This document shows positions 26,991 to 36,038 of a DNA stretch of 64,000 nucleotides, piece by piece. The DNA comes from Pseudomonadota bacterium (GTDB taxonomy: Bacteria; Bdellovibrionota_B; Oligoflexia; Oligoflexales; RGVZ01): contig JBEGVZ010000085.1 of NCBI GenBank assembly GCA_041178085.1, positions 82,229 to 146,228 of the forward strand, given 5' to 3'. Numbering within the stretch: position 1 is the first letter of the stretch; every line of letters begins with the position of its first letter. The translations under genes were made by a program, and so were the position numbers. The notes below the pieces were generated by a model. The model made no database searches, was not told the origin of the DNA, and saw only the letters and a program-made list of their open reading frames with translations.

Positions 26991-29447
26991 ATGACGGCTG
27001 TGGTGTTAACACAGGCTCCAGACATGAGTGCAGAACTACCCCTTTTGCCGCTGAAGGACATTGTTGTCTTTCCGCATATGATCGTCCCCGTATTCGTAAA
27101 CGAGGACCTTTGCGTCAATGCAGTCGAAGCTGCGATGGCCGGCAACAAAAAGATCTTCCTGTCCGCATTCAAGGTGACGGGCGAGGAAGGCAGAGGCCTT
27201 GAAGCGGCTCTTGAGCCGCCCTTCGACGTCTATGCGACAGGAACGGTCTGCTCGATCATGCGGACCAGGAAGCTTCCGGACGGCCGCATGAAAGTGCTGG
27301 TCCAGGGGCTTCACAAGGCGAAGCTGGTATCCCTCGTGAAAAACGAAGGTTATCCAACCGTCATGACTCGCACGGTCATGGACGACCAGGTGATCAATGG
27401 CACCCCCGAGACAGAAGCCTTGATCCGCGCTGTGCGCGAAAATCTGGAAAAGGTTGTCGGTCTTGGCAAGGTACTGTCGCCGGACATCCTCATGGTACTT
27501 GAGGACGTCAACGAGCCTGGCCGCCTTGCCGACCTGGTTGCGGCGAATCTTGGACTGAAAGTGCAGGAATCGCAGGCAGTGCTTGCCCTGCCGAATCCAG
27601 TTGAGCGCCTGCACAAGGTTTACAGCTTCCTCTCCCGTGAGATCGAAGTTTACCAGATGCAGGTTAAAATCCAGTCCCAGGCCAAGGAAGAGATCAGCCG
27701 GATGCAGCGCGAGCACTACTTGCGCGAGCAGATGCGCGTGATTCGCAGCGAACTGGGCGACAATGATGGCAAGGAAGAAATCGAGGCGCTTTGGAAGCGC
27801 ATCGAGGAGATGAATCTCAGTGCCGAGGCCAAAGAAGAGGCTTCGCGCCAGTTGCGCCGTCTTGAGCGCATGCATCAGGATACCAGCGAAGCAGCTTTGA
27901 CTCGCACTCACATCGAGACTCTCCTGGCCCTGCCCTGGGGAACCAAATCCCAGGACAACCTGGACCTGAAGAACGTCAAGAATATCTTGGACGAAGATCA
28001 CTTCGGTCTTGATCAGGTGAAGGACAGGATCATCGAATACCTGGCTGTGAAGAAGCTGAATCCGGAAGCGAAGAGCCCGATCATTTGCTTCGTCGGCCCT
28101 CCAGGTGTCGGTAAAACCAGCCTTGGGCGCTCAATTGCCCGTGCAGTCGGCCGCCAGTTTTCGCGCATTTCCCTGGGTGGCGTCCGTGATGAGGCTGATA
28201 TCCGCGGGCATCGCAAAACATACGTTGGTGCGTTCCCGGGACGTGTCATCTCCAGCATGAAGTCTGCGAAGAGCATGAACCCCGTGATCATGCTCGACGA
28301 GATCGACAAGCTTGGGTCGGACCACCGCGGTGATCCGTCAGCCGCCCTTCTTGAAGTCCTTGACCCGGAACAGAACAAGTCCTTCGTCGACCATTACCTT
28401 GGCGTGGCATTTGACTTGTCCGATGTGATGTTCATTGCGAACGCCAACACCTTGGACACGATCCCCGCCCCTTTGCGCGACCGTCTTGAGATCATCGAGG
28501 TCTCCGGTTACTCCGAGGAAGAAAAGGTGATCATTGCCAACCAGTACCTGATCCCGAAGCAGATCAAGGAATCCGGTCTGGCGACGTCGGATGTCATTTT
28601 CGGCAAGGCCGCAGTATCGACGATCATCAACAGTTACACCCGCGAGAGCGGATTGCGTGGCCTTGAGAAACTGATCGCGTCGATCTGCCGCAAGATTGCC
28701 CGCCAGCAGGCAGAGGCGTTTGATGCTGCCACGGGCGACGACGACAAGAAGCCGCTTTCGGTCAAGCTGACCCCGGCTCTCGTTCAGCGTCACCTTGGTG
28801 CTGAGCGCTTCTCTGGTGAATCGATCCACAACGAAGTTACAGTTGGTGTTTCGATGGGCCTTGCTTACACGCCATACGGTGGTGAGGTCCTTGCGATTGA
28901 GACGAACCTGATTCCGTCCAATAAGGGGCGCCTGGTTCTGACCGGTCAGCTCGGGGATGTCATGAAAGAATCCGCCCAGACGGCATTCAGCTTCCTGCGT
29001 TCCAAGGCGCGGGAGTTTGGATTCGATCCAGACCTGCTGAACACCAATGAGCTGCATGTTCACGTTCCCGCTGGCGCAGTGCCGAAGGACGGACCAAGTG
29101 CGGGGATTACGATCGCCACATCAATCCTGTCCGCACTCAAGGCAAAGGCGCCGGTGCAGCGCGTTGCCATGACCGGCGAGATCAGCCTCCACGGCAAGGT
29201 GCTTCCGATCGGCGGATTACGTGAAAAGATCCTTGCCGCCCTGCGCGAAGGGATCAGCTCAGTCCTGCTACCGGAAAAAAATCGCAGTGCTTTTGACGCA
29301 TTGCCGGCGAATGTAAAACGCCGCGTCCGCGTGCGGTTCGTCAAGGAGTACCATGAGGTCTTTGAGGAGCTCTTTGGCACGACAAGCGGACTGTCCGTTG
29401 TTCCCGACGCTGGCAAGCCGGTGGACATGCACGATATCGCAAGCTGA
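26991..29447 (+). CDS. lon: ATP-dependent Lon protease
   Basis: It has the Lon N-domain (LPLLPLKDIVVFPHM), AAA+ module GPPGVGKTSLGRSIA and protease motif PKDGPSAG. Trimmed to Met43 because AAGGAG lies 7 nt upstream of that ATG. Confidence 0.96.
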   Translation: MTAVVLTQAPDMSAELPLLPLKDIVVFPHMIVPVFVNEDLCVNAVEAAMAGNKKIFLSAFKVTGEEGRGLEAALEPPFDVYATGTVCSIMRTRKLPDGRMKVLVQGLHKAKLVSLVKNEGYPTVMTRTVMDDQVINGTPETEALIRAVRENLEKVVGLGKVLSPDILMVLEDVNEPGRLADLVAANLGLKVQESQAVLALPNPVERLHKVYSFLSREIEVYQMQVKIQSQAKEEISRMQREHYLREQMRVIRSELGDNDGKEEIEALWKRIEEMNLSAEAKEEASRQLRRLERMHQDTSEAALTRTHIETLLALPWGTKSQDNLDLKNVKNILDEDHFGLDQVKDRIIEYLAVKKLNPEAKSPIICFVGPPGVGKTSLGRSIARAVGRQFSRISLGGVRDEADIRGHRKTYVGAFPGRVISSMKSAKSMNPVIMLDEIDKLGSDHRGDPSAALLEVLDPEQNKSFVDHYLGVAFDLSDVMFIANANTLDTIPAPLRDRLEIIEVSGYSEEEKVIIANQYLIPKQIKESGLATSDVIFGKAAVSTIINSYTRESGLRGLEKLIASICRKIARQQAEAFDAATGDDDKKPLSVKLTPALVQRHLGAERFSGESIHNEVTVGVSMGLAYTPYGGEVLAIETNLIPSNKGRLVLTGQLGDVMKESAQTAFSFLRSKAREFGFDPDLLNTNELHVHVPAGAVPKDGPSAGITIATSILSALKAKAPVQRVAMTGEISLHGKVLPIGGLREKILAALREGISSVLLPEKNRSAFDALPANVKRRVRVRFVKEYHEVFEELFGTTSGLSVVPDAGKPVDMHDIAS

Positions 29448-29448
29448 T

Positions 29449-29474
29449 CCGGCCATGGCAGGCCGGGTATTTTT
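29449..29474 (+). terminator. rho-independent terminator after lon
   Basis: ccggcc (29449-29454) pairs with ggccgg (29461-29466), followed by gtattttt. Confidence 0.6.
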
Positions 29475-29495
29475 AGAGACCAGGGAGGACCAACC

Positions 29496-29735
29496 ATGCG
29501 TGAGAAGCTGAAGTCTGCTGGCAAGCTGGTGCTTCAAGGGGTGGTTTGGGTCTTTGTCCTGTCGATCCAGGTGGATGGCCGGACCTTGTTTTCTCATGCC
29601 CACGGGATTCTTGTGGATAATCAGGTAGTTGCTGCCGTGGAGTCGCAGGTTACCAAAGGCCTGCGCGCGGCTTCCGACCTGGCGTCCAGCCAGGCCCGGC
29701 GGATCTTCGGCCAGGAATCAGGTCGCAGGGGCTGA
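29496..29735 (+). CDS. small hypothetical membrane protein (79 aa)
   Basis: GGGAGGA lies 6 nt upstream of the ATG. One TM helix (LVLQGVVWVFVLSI). A weak hairpin with a T-run follows at about 29726-29751. No family recognised. Confidence 0.45.
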   Translation: MREKLKSAGKLVLQGVVWVFVLSIQVDGRTLFSHAHGILVDNQVVAAVESQVTKGLRAASDLASSQARRIFGQESGRRG

Positions 29736-29829
29736 TCCCTGGCTTGTTTTTGCCGCCGAAACCCGCTCCGGCACTCGAATTTCCAGGTGCATTGTGGTAA
29801 CTCTTGGGCCTCAAACCAGGAGTTAGCAC

Positions 29830-30381
29830 GTGTCTGTCTTGGAAGTTGTCGTTTGGCCTGCCAAAGTCCTTGAAACAAAAGCTGAACCAGTCACCAAGTT
29901 TGATGACGGTCTGAAGAAGTTCGTCTCTGACATGGTCGATACGATGCACGCTTCGGGCGGTATCGGACTTGCCGCCAACCAGGTGGGTGACTTGCGCCGG
30001 GTGATCGTGATCGAGATTCCTCATGCAGGGGACCGTTATGGTGAGCCTGGTGAGAAGCTCGAGTGGTGGCATAACAAGCGCTTTGTCCTGATCAACCCGG
30101 AAATCGTAAAGAAAGAGGGCAAAATCCGCTGGCAGGAAGGCTGCCTCAGCTTTCCTGAGGTTTTTGATTTCGTCGACCGCGCCAAAGAAGTCTGGGTCAA
30201 GGCCTTCGATGAGAATGGCAAGGAATATGAGATCCACGCCAACGACCTTCTGGCTGTATGCATCCAGCACGAGATCGATCACATTGACGGCATTGTCTTT
30301 TTCCAGCGTATGTCCCGGCTGAAGGCAGACATCATCAAAAAGAAGATGATGCGTCGCGGATCCGTTTCGAACGTCAACTGA
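29830..30381 (+). CDS. def: peptide deformylase
   Basis: GIGLAANQVG, EGCLSFP and HEIDHIDG motifs are present. The start codon is GTG. Confidence 0.95.
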   Translation: MSVLEVVVWPAKVLETKAEPVTKFDDGLKKFVSDMVDTMHASGGIGLAANQVGDLRRVIVIEIPHAGDRYGEPGEKLEWWHNKRFVLINPEIVKKEGKIRWQEGCLSFPEVFDFVDRAKEVWVKAFDENGKEYEIHANDLLAVCIQHEIDHIDGIVFFQRMSRLKADIIKKKMMRRGSVSNVN

Positions 30382-30399
30382 TCATTTCCGGGAGACCCG

Positions 30400-31059
30400 A
30401 TGGCAGTCCTTGTGTCGCCTTCCTTGTTGTCTGCCGATTTTCTCAAGTTCTCGGACGAGATCGCTTCGATCGAGGCGGCGGGAGCCGACTGGCATCATGT
30501 CGATGTCATGGACGGGCACTTTGTCCCGAATCTTACCTTCGGGCCGCCTGTCATCAGGCGTCTGAAAACAGCAGCCAAAAAACCTCTCGACGTGCACATC
30601 ATGGTGGCAAACCCGGATGAAGTTGCCGGGCAATATATTGACGCAGGCGCAGACTGGCTGACATTTCATGTTGAGGCAGCGAAGGATCCCGTGGCGCTGG
30701 CCAAGACCATTCGCTCGAGGAACGTCAAGGCTGGCATCTCCCTTAGACCTTCAACGCCGCTCGAGTCCATTTTGCCAGCGCTTCCGCACGTTGACCTGGT
30801 CCTGGTCATGAGTGTCAACCCGGGCTTTGGTGGCCAGGCGTTTATTCCCGCGTCGCCAGATCGCGTTGCTGGAGTCGTCACCATGGCGGTCGCAGCAGGG
30901 GTCCGTGACCGGCTGAAGATCAGTGTCGATGGTGGCATCAATACCCAGACCGCAGGCCTTGTCGTGGCAAAGGGAGCTGACGTCCTTGTTGCGGGGACTG
31001 CTGTCTACGGTGCTGCCGATCGCAAGGTAGCCATTTCTGCGTTGAGGAATACGAAATGA
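30400..31059 (+). CDS. rpe: ribulose-phosphate 3-epimerase
   Basis: SLLSADF..., HVDVMDGHFVPN and MSVNPGFGGQ motifs are present. Confidence 0.95.
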   Translation: MAVLVSPSLLSADFLKFSDEIASIEAAGADWHHVDVMDGHFVPNLTFGPPVIRRLKTAAKKPLDVHIMVANPDEVAGQYIDAGADWLTFHVEAAKDPVALAKTIRSRNVKAGISLRPSTPLESILPALPHVDLVLVMSVNPGFGGQAFIPASPDRVAGVVTMAVAAGVRDRLKISVDGGINTQTAGLVVAKGADVLVAGTAVYGAADRKVAISALRNTK

Positions 31060-32594
31060 GCGAAAGGCCCTTCAGCCTTGGTTTGGACAAGCTGGACGTA
31101 CATCGTCTGGTGGAGCTGGCGCGAAAGCCGGCCCCGCCAGTGACTGTGGCCACGGAGACTTGGAAGCGCCTTGAGCGGTTCCGGCAGGTGGTAGAGACCA
31201 CCGCGGCTGGGGAACGCCAGGTGTACGGCATCAACACGGGCTTTGGCTTTCTTTCGGATGTAAAGATCCCTGCCGACAAGCTCAACCAATTGCAAGTAAA
31301 CCTGGTCATGTCCCACGCCTGTGGTGTGGGTAAGGCCTGTGAGCCGTCCATCGTCCGCGGTCTCATGATTTTGCGCGCCCATACTTTCCTGCTCGGTCAC
31401 AGCGGTGTCTCCCGCGCTGCGGTGGAATCGGTACTCGCCTTCCTTGCCCACGACATCTTGCCGGTCATCCCGGAAAAGGGAAGTGTCGGCGCGTCGGGAG
31501 ACCTTGCACCTCTGGCCCATCTTGCCATGGGCATCATGGGTGAAGGCGAAGTCTTCTGGAAAGGGCGCACCGTCCCGGCAAGGGAAGCGATCGAGTCGTG
31601 CAAGTTAACCCCGTTCAAGCCCGGCGCGAAGGAGGGGCTGTCTTTCATCAACGGTACTCACTTCATGGCAACGCAGGCGGCCTTTGCGTGCGTCGAGGCC
31701 GAAGAGTTGATGAAGGCAGCGGATGTCGTCGCTGCAATGAGCCTGGATGCCATCAAGGGTACGTTGCGTGCTTTCGACCCGCGGATCCACGAAGTGCGCA
31801 GGCAGCCTGGACAAGCCGTTGTTGCCGGGAACTTCCGTAAATTGCTGGCTGGCAAGGATACGATCATGGATTCGCATCGGGACTGCGGAAAGGTCCAGGA
31901 TCCCTACAGCTTCCGCTGCATCCCCCAGGTCCATGGCGCAGCCAGGGGCGCATTGGAGCACGTCTGCTCAGTGACAGAAAATGACCTTTCGTCCGTCACC
32001 GACAACCCCCTTGTGTTTGAGGAAGGGGGCGAGGCGGATGTGATCAGCGGTGGAAACTTCCACGGGGAACCACTGGCACTGGCCATGGACTATCTGGCCA
32101 TTGCAGCCGCCGAAGTGGCGAGCATCTCCGAACGCCGCATTGAAAAGTTGACTAATCCAACGCAGAGCGGTTTGCCGCCTTTTGTGACCCGTGACAGCGG
32201 ACTCAACTCGGGGTTCATGATTCCCCACGTGGTAGCTGCAGCCCTTGTTTCGGAAAACAAGGTCCTGTGTCACCCGGCTTCTGTTGACAGCATACCCACG
32301 TCTGCGGACAAGGAAGATCACGTGAGCATGGGTCCGATTGCGGCCCGCAAGGCAAGGCAAGTGATCGCTCACGGATTCGATGTCCTTGCAATTGAAGCCC
32401 TGGCTTCGGCACAGGCTCTGGACTTGCTGCTGCCTTTGCTGCCGGCACCAGCCTTGCAAAAGGTTCATGGCGCGATCAGGAAGATCTCTCCTGCGATGGA
32501 TTCAGACCGTTCGCTGCACAAGGACATCCAGCGGGTCGGCGAATGGTTGCGAAGCGGTGGATCTGTTGCGGCCGCTGCAGTTGAAGTACGATAA
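31056..32594 (+). CDS. hutH: histidine ammonia-lyase (MIO-dependent lyase family)
   Basis: 512-aa ORF with the MIO-forming triad in GSVGASGDLAPLAH. The selectivity position reads LVMSHACG (Ser-His), as in authentic HALs. The start overlaps the rpe stop (ATGA). Confidence 0.88.
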   Translation: MSERPFSLGLDKLDVHRLVELARKPAPPVTVATETWKRLERFRQVVETTAAGERQVYGINTGFGFLSDVKIPADKLNQLQVNLVMSHACGVGKACEPSIVRGLMILRAHTFLLGHSGVSRAAVESVLAFLAHDILPVIPEKGSVGASGDLAPLAHLAMGIMGEGEVFWKGRTVPAREAIESCKLTPFKPGAKEGLSFINGTHFMATQAAFACVEAEELMKAADVVAAMSLDAIKGTLRAFDPRIHEVRRQPGQAVVAGNFRKLLAGKDTIMDSHRDCGKVQDPYSFRCIPQVHGAARGALEHVCSVTENDLSSVTDNPLVFEEGGEADVISGGNFHGEPLALAMDYLAIAAAEVASISERRIEKLTNPTQSGLPPFVTRDSGLNSGFMIPHVVAAALVSENKVLCHPASVDSIPTSADKEDHVSMGPIAARKARQVIAHGFDVLAIEALASAQALDLLLPLLPAPALQKVHGAIRKISPAMDSDRSLHKDIQRVGEWLRSGGSVAAAAVEVR

Positions 32595-32622
32595 CATGTA
32601 AAGCAAAGGGGAGACGCCCACT

Positions 32623-33093
32623 GTGAGAAGACTTCTAATCATGTTCGCCTGGGGTCTGTTGTTGGCCATCGATGGTCAAGCCGGGACAAAAACTGGGTCC
32701 AATGGCAATCGCTCAAGCGCCCCGCAAATGGAACGGGTGGGTGGCAACTATGAATTGAAAGAGGTGTCGCGCAAGTGCAAGGGCAAATCAGCCAGCCCTT
32801 GTTTTCGCTTGCTGTTCACCGCGCTTGCGAAGACCGGTCGTTTCGATGAGCTGGTCCTTGAAAGCGATCATATGAACGTCGCAGTCCGGAAGGGTGACCG
32901 TATCCGACTGTCAGCAGAAATTGCCGTCGACCGTGGGCGCACCGCTGAAGTTTCGCAGTTGGTTCTGTTTCGTGACGCAAAAAGCGGGATTCCTCCCGTA
33001 TGGATGCTGTCGCGCAAGCACAAGGCTGGCAATGGCCCTGCCGCCCGTTACCTTGAGATGCATGCCCCGCAAAATGACTTCCGCGTGCTCTGA
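32623..33093 (+). CDS. secreted hypothetical protein
   Basis: 156-aa ORF (GTG start; Met7 at 32641 is an alternative) with a signal-like N-terminus MRRLLIMFAWGLLLAIDGQA. Confidence 0.55.
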   Translation: MRRLLIMFAWGLLLAIDGQAGTKTGSNGNRSSAPQMERVGGNYELKEVSRKCKGKSASPCFRLLFTALAKTGRFDELVLESDHMNVAVRKGDRIRLSAEIAVDRGRTAEVSQLVLFRDAKSGIPPVWMLSRKHKAGNGPAARYLEMHAPQNDFRVL

Positions 33094-33095
33094 CG

Positions 33096-34160
33096 TTGTC
33101 ACGCGAAGAGGAAATCGACGTTCCGATTCTGCCTGCTTCTGTTCAGCCGACAGGTGTGGACTACTGGCTTGGCACCATCTCCGGTCGCCTGATGGTGATC
33201 AACGCCCTTGTCTTTGCGGCCATGAGCTGGAAGTCAGGATCTTTGTTCCTGCCGACGAGGGAGGTCCTGCTTGAGTTCGGTGCCAAGGATCCGGCTGGCC
33301 TGGTCAATGGTGAATACTGGCGCTTCCTGACCCCGGTATTCGTGCATATTGGCATCATCCACTTCTTTTTTAATTCCCTCGGACTCTATTACATCGGTTA
33401 CCAGCTTGAGCGCATGCTTGGACGTCGCTGGTTCCTGGTCGTGTACCTTGCCGCTGGAATTGCCGGTAACATTGCCAGTGCGGTGACCACAGTCGTGATG
33501 AGCGCGGGGGCTTCAGGGGCCCTTTTTGGCTTGCTCGGTAGCGGTTATGTTCTGGAGCGGATCATCGGGCGCCATATTGAGGCCATCACCGGTCGCCGCC
33601 CGCGCCGCCGGATATACGCAAGCATGGTGGTGGTAAACATTGTTTTCGGACTTCTCATTCCCGGGATCGACAACGCAGCTCATATGGGCGGCCTGGTCAC
33701 TGGCAGTGTGCTGACCTGGGCAATGCTGCACATCAGGCCGAATCGCTTGCAGTCAACCAACAAACCACGGGCCTGGGCCACTATCGGTGCACTCTTGGCG
33801 GTTTGTGTCGTGGGTGCAATCAGGTCTGTGGACGGACCGGCCGTGATCCGCCGCCTGGAGGTCGCAGCGGAATCCGTTCAGTCGGCTGAACAAGGCGTAT
33901 ACTTCCTCGACCAGGCGCTGCGCATCGTGCCAGGTGACAGGCATCTGCTGATTGAACGGGTGAAGTTTGTGCTGATGTCCTCGGATCCGAAGTCGGCGAT
34001 TCCAGATTTGCAAAAGTTGTCTGAGACTGAGGATGGGCGTGAGGAGATTTCCAGGTTGATTGAGGATTTCCGCCGCGAGGGCCTTACCAGACAGGTTCGT
34101 TTCCTCGAATTTTTCCTCGGCATTCCAGGCAAGGACAGCGGGCCCCGGGAACCCATCTGA
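33096..34160 (+). CDS. rhomboid-family intramembrane serine protease with C-terminal helical-repeat extension
   Basis: Rhomboid motifs are present: YWRFLTPVFVHIGIIHFFFN, GASGALFGLLG and AHMGGLVTG. The start codon is TTG, and the exact start is uncertain. Confidence 0.85.
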   Translation: MSREEEIDVPILPASVQPTGVDYWLGTISGRLMVINALVFAAMSWKSGSLFLPTREVLLEFGAKDPAGLVNGEYWRFLTPVFVHIGIIHFFFNSLGLYYIGYQLERMLGRRWFLVVYLAAGIAGNIASAVTTVVMSAGASGALFGLLGSGYVLERIIGRHIEAITGRRPRRRIYASMVVVNIVFGLLIPGIDNAAHMGGLVTGSVLTWAMLHIRPNRLQSTNKPRAWATIGALLAVCVVGAIRSVDGPAVIRRLEVAAESVQSAEQGVYFLDQALRIVPGDRHLLIERVKFVLMSSDPKSAIPDLQKLSETEDGREEISRLIEDFRREGLTRQVRFLEFFLGIPGKDSGPREPI

Positions 34161-34169
34161 AATTCACCG

Positions 34170-34844
34170 TTACGCAGCGAGCACTTCCACTTTTTGCTGC
34201 CAGGATTTCCGGTAAAGCTGGCGCAAGTGGGCCCGAACTTCGGGGTGATCGAGTGGACTCATGTTCCCGGCAATCGCCGACGTGATGGCAGGTTTCAAGT
34301 GACGGAACCAAAGACATTCAAAATAGTGTGTGGCCTCTGCATACCGGAGGGCATCTTCCGCCGGCAGATCTGTGCGAACCCTGAAGCTTCCAGATAGTAT
34401 GTTGTGTAGCCGGTGCAGTGTTGCGGCAAAATTACCGCCGCCCGAGAAGTGCGCGAGCACGACCAGCTTATCGACTTCGCCTTGCCATTCCAGTTCAAGC
34501 TTGCTCGTCTCAAGTCCTGCGTTTGCCCGCTGGACGACGAGGTGAAAATGACTGATTTCCTCGATGACTACAGCAAGTGCCGACAGTTGTTGTGAGTTGA
34601 TCTTGCTTCCTGGCGAGATGTTCTTGATACCCTCCGCGGCGGTTTCGTTGATTTCCACGCCAAGGAAAAGTGTGTCCTCTGTCAGGACAAGCAACCTTCC
34701 GCCTGGTGGTTCATCTTTCTCCGCCGGCACGAGTGGCAGCAAAAAATTACCAGCGTCGAATCCCAGTGATAGATCGTAGTAACTCGCAAGCCTGCCTTCG
34801 ATTTGCTGGATGATTGCGCGGACATGGCCGGGAATATTTGCCAT
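34170..34844 (-). CDS. hypothetical protein (224 aa)
   Basis: The ORF-track frame is trimmed to Met38, which leaves a 7-nt gap after the upstream gene's stop. The protein is cytoplasmic and His-rich (EEISHFHLV, HRLHN). No family recognised. Confidence 0.6.
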   Translation of the reverse strand: MANIPGHVRAIIQQIEGRLASYYDLSLGFDAGNFLLPLVPAEKDEPPGGRLLVLTEDTLFLGVEINETAAEGIKNISPGSKINSQQLSALAVVIEEISHFHLVVQRANAGLETSKLELEWQGEVDKLVVLAHFSGGGNFAATLHRLHNILSGSFRVRTDLPAEDALRYAEATHYFECLWFRHLKPAITSAIAGNMSPLDHPEVRAHLRQLYRKSWQQKVEVLAA

Positions 34845-34851
34845 GGGCCAT

Positions 34852-35469
34852 TCACTGGGCAATCTTGTAGGGCACTTCGATTGCATCGATGCCCTGGTCC
34901 GCAAGGATCCTGCGTAATCTTTCGGACTGACTCTTGGTCCACCGGTCATAGACATTGAGTATGTCGACAGGTCCCTTGCCCTTTGCCTGCTCGGAAACCT
35001 CTGCGACGACGTCGACCGCCTTGACGAAATTATCGGCGAGGGCAGTCAGGGTTTCCCTGCGCGCACCTTCGGGGCGGCTGGCATTCATGCACTTTGCCGC
35101 TTGTTCATAACCAGTCCGGCCAAGGGCAATGTAGTAGTCGATGGCAAACGTCTTGCGGTTGAAGAAGTCCTGAAAAAAACCTGTGATGTAGAGGCTGGTA
35201 TCACCCAGGGCACGGTACAAACCGGGCTTTTGCGCATCGGGGGCTTCCGACGCATCCCGCAGCATGAATGCGAGGGGCTTTTCAAAAAACGTGGATTCCT
35301 GTCCACCCTGCTCGCCTGATGCCTGGATCGCAACGTAGGAGGCAAGCAGATTGACGATGTAAAACTGAACGTCGTCAGTCAGTTCAACCTTCAGGGTTGT
35401 TCGTGCCTCGAGCACTTTTTCTTGAAAGTACTCCTGCGGGGATACCGTCAAACGAATTTCGGGACCCAT
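34852..35469 (-). CDS. hypothetical protein (205 aa)
   Basis: AAGGTGA RBS upstream of the ATG. No signal peptide or TM helix. No family recognised. Confidence 0.65.
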   Translation of the reverse strand: MGPEIRLTVSPQEYFQEKVLEARTTLKVELTDDVQFYIVNLLASYVAIQASGEQGGQESTFFEKPLAFMLRDASEAPDAQKPGLYRALGDTSLYITGFFQDFFNRKTFAIDYYIALGRTGYEQAAKCMNASRPEGARRETLTALADNFVKAVDVVAEVSEQAKGKGPVDILNVYDRWTKSQSERLRRILADQGIDAIEVPYKIAQ

Positions 35470-35494
35470 CGCTCACCTTACCTGACCGGCACCG

Positions 35495-35516
35495 GAATTG
35501 GCCACCCGGCCAATTC
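35495..35516. repeat. perfect 9-bp inverted repeat GAATTGGCC-ACCC-GGCCAATTC
   Basis: Read directly. It lies 26 nt upstream of the start codon at 35469, in the 177-bp divergent intergenic region. Confidence 0.7.
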
Positions 35517-35646
35517 TATTATCGGCCATTTTGAGGTTCTCTTGAAAGAGGTGTCATTACGGGGCTTTAGGAAGAAAAAAAGGCCACCTTTTTGGGTCTT
35601 CGAGAAAAATTTCGCCATTCTCCGGTGATGTTGATAGGTTCGAGCC

Positions 35647-36012
35647 ATGACGACGGACAATACATCCCGGAATCCATCCACTGATCGCCTCGGCCTTGAG
35701 GAGATCGTCCACCTGGCAAACAAGATCGGGTTGGAATACGCCTCCGCACGCAAGGAAGCAGATCGCCTTGAACTGCTTAAACCCACGATCCGCGCGCGCA
35801 TCATGCTGCGAATTGATGATGGGGAAATGAGCGAATCAAGGCTGCGCCGCCTTACCGAGACAGATCCCGAGTACGTGGAATTCATCGAGAAAATGGCTGA
35901 AACTCGCGGCGAGGCTGAGAAGCTTCGCGTACGTTATGAATCATACAAGAATCTCTTCGAGGCCAAGCGCAGCTTGCTGAGCTACCAGAAGGCCGAGATG
36001 AAACTGGTGTGA
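35647..36012 (+). CDS. hypothetical coiled-coil protein (121 aa)
   Basis: The ORF is divergent from 34852..35469. It is highly charged with helical heptad character. No family recognised. Confidence 0.55.
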   Translation: MTTDNTSRNPSTDRLGLEEIVHLANKIGLEYASARKEADRLELLKPTIRARIMLRIDDGEMSESRLRRLTETDPEYVEFIEKMAETRGEAEKLRVRYESYKNLFEAKRSLLSYQKAEMKLV

Positions 36013-36038
36013 AATTTTTTGCGGGCGACGGCTGTTGG

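Noticed and set aside
27036-28001. 321-aa minus-strand ORF antisense to lon
   Set aside because: It is a shadow ORF inside a gene of certain identity, with no recognisable motifs.
35574-35590. AAAAAGG-CCA-CCTTTTT hairpin as a terminator
   Set aside because: It sits in a divergent promoter region where no transcript should end, and the stem is AT-rich. It is kept only as part of the structured-spacer observation.
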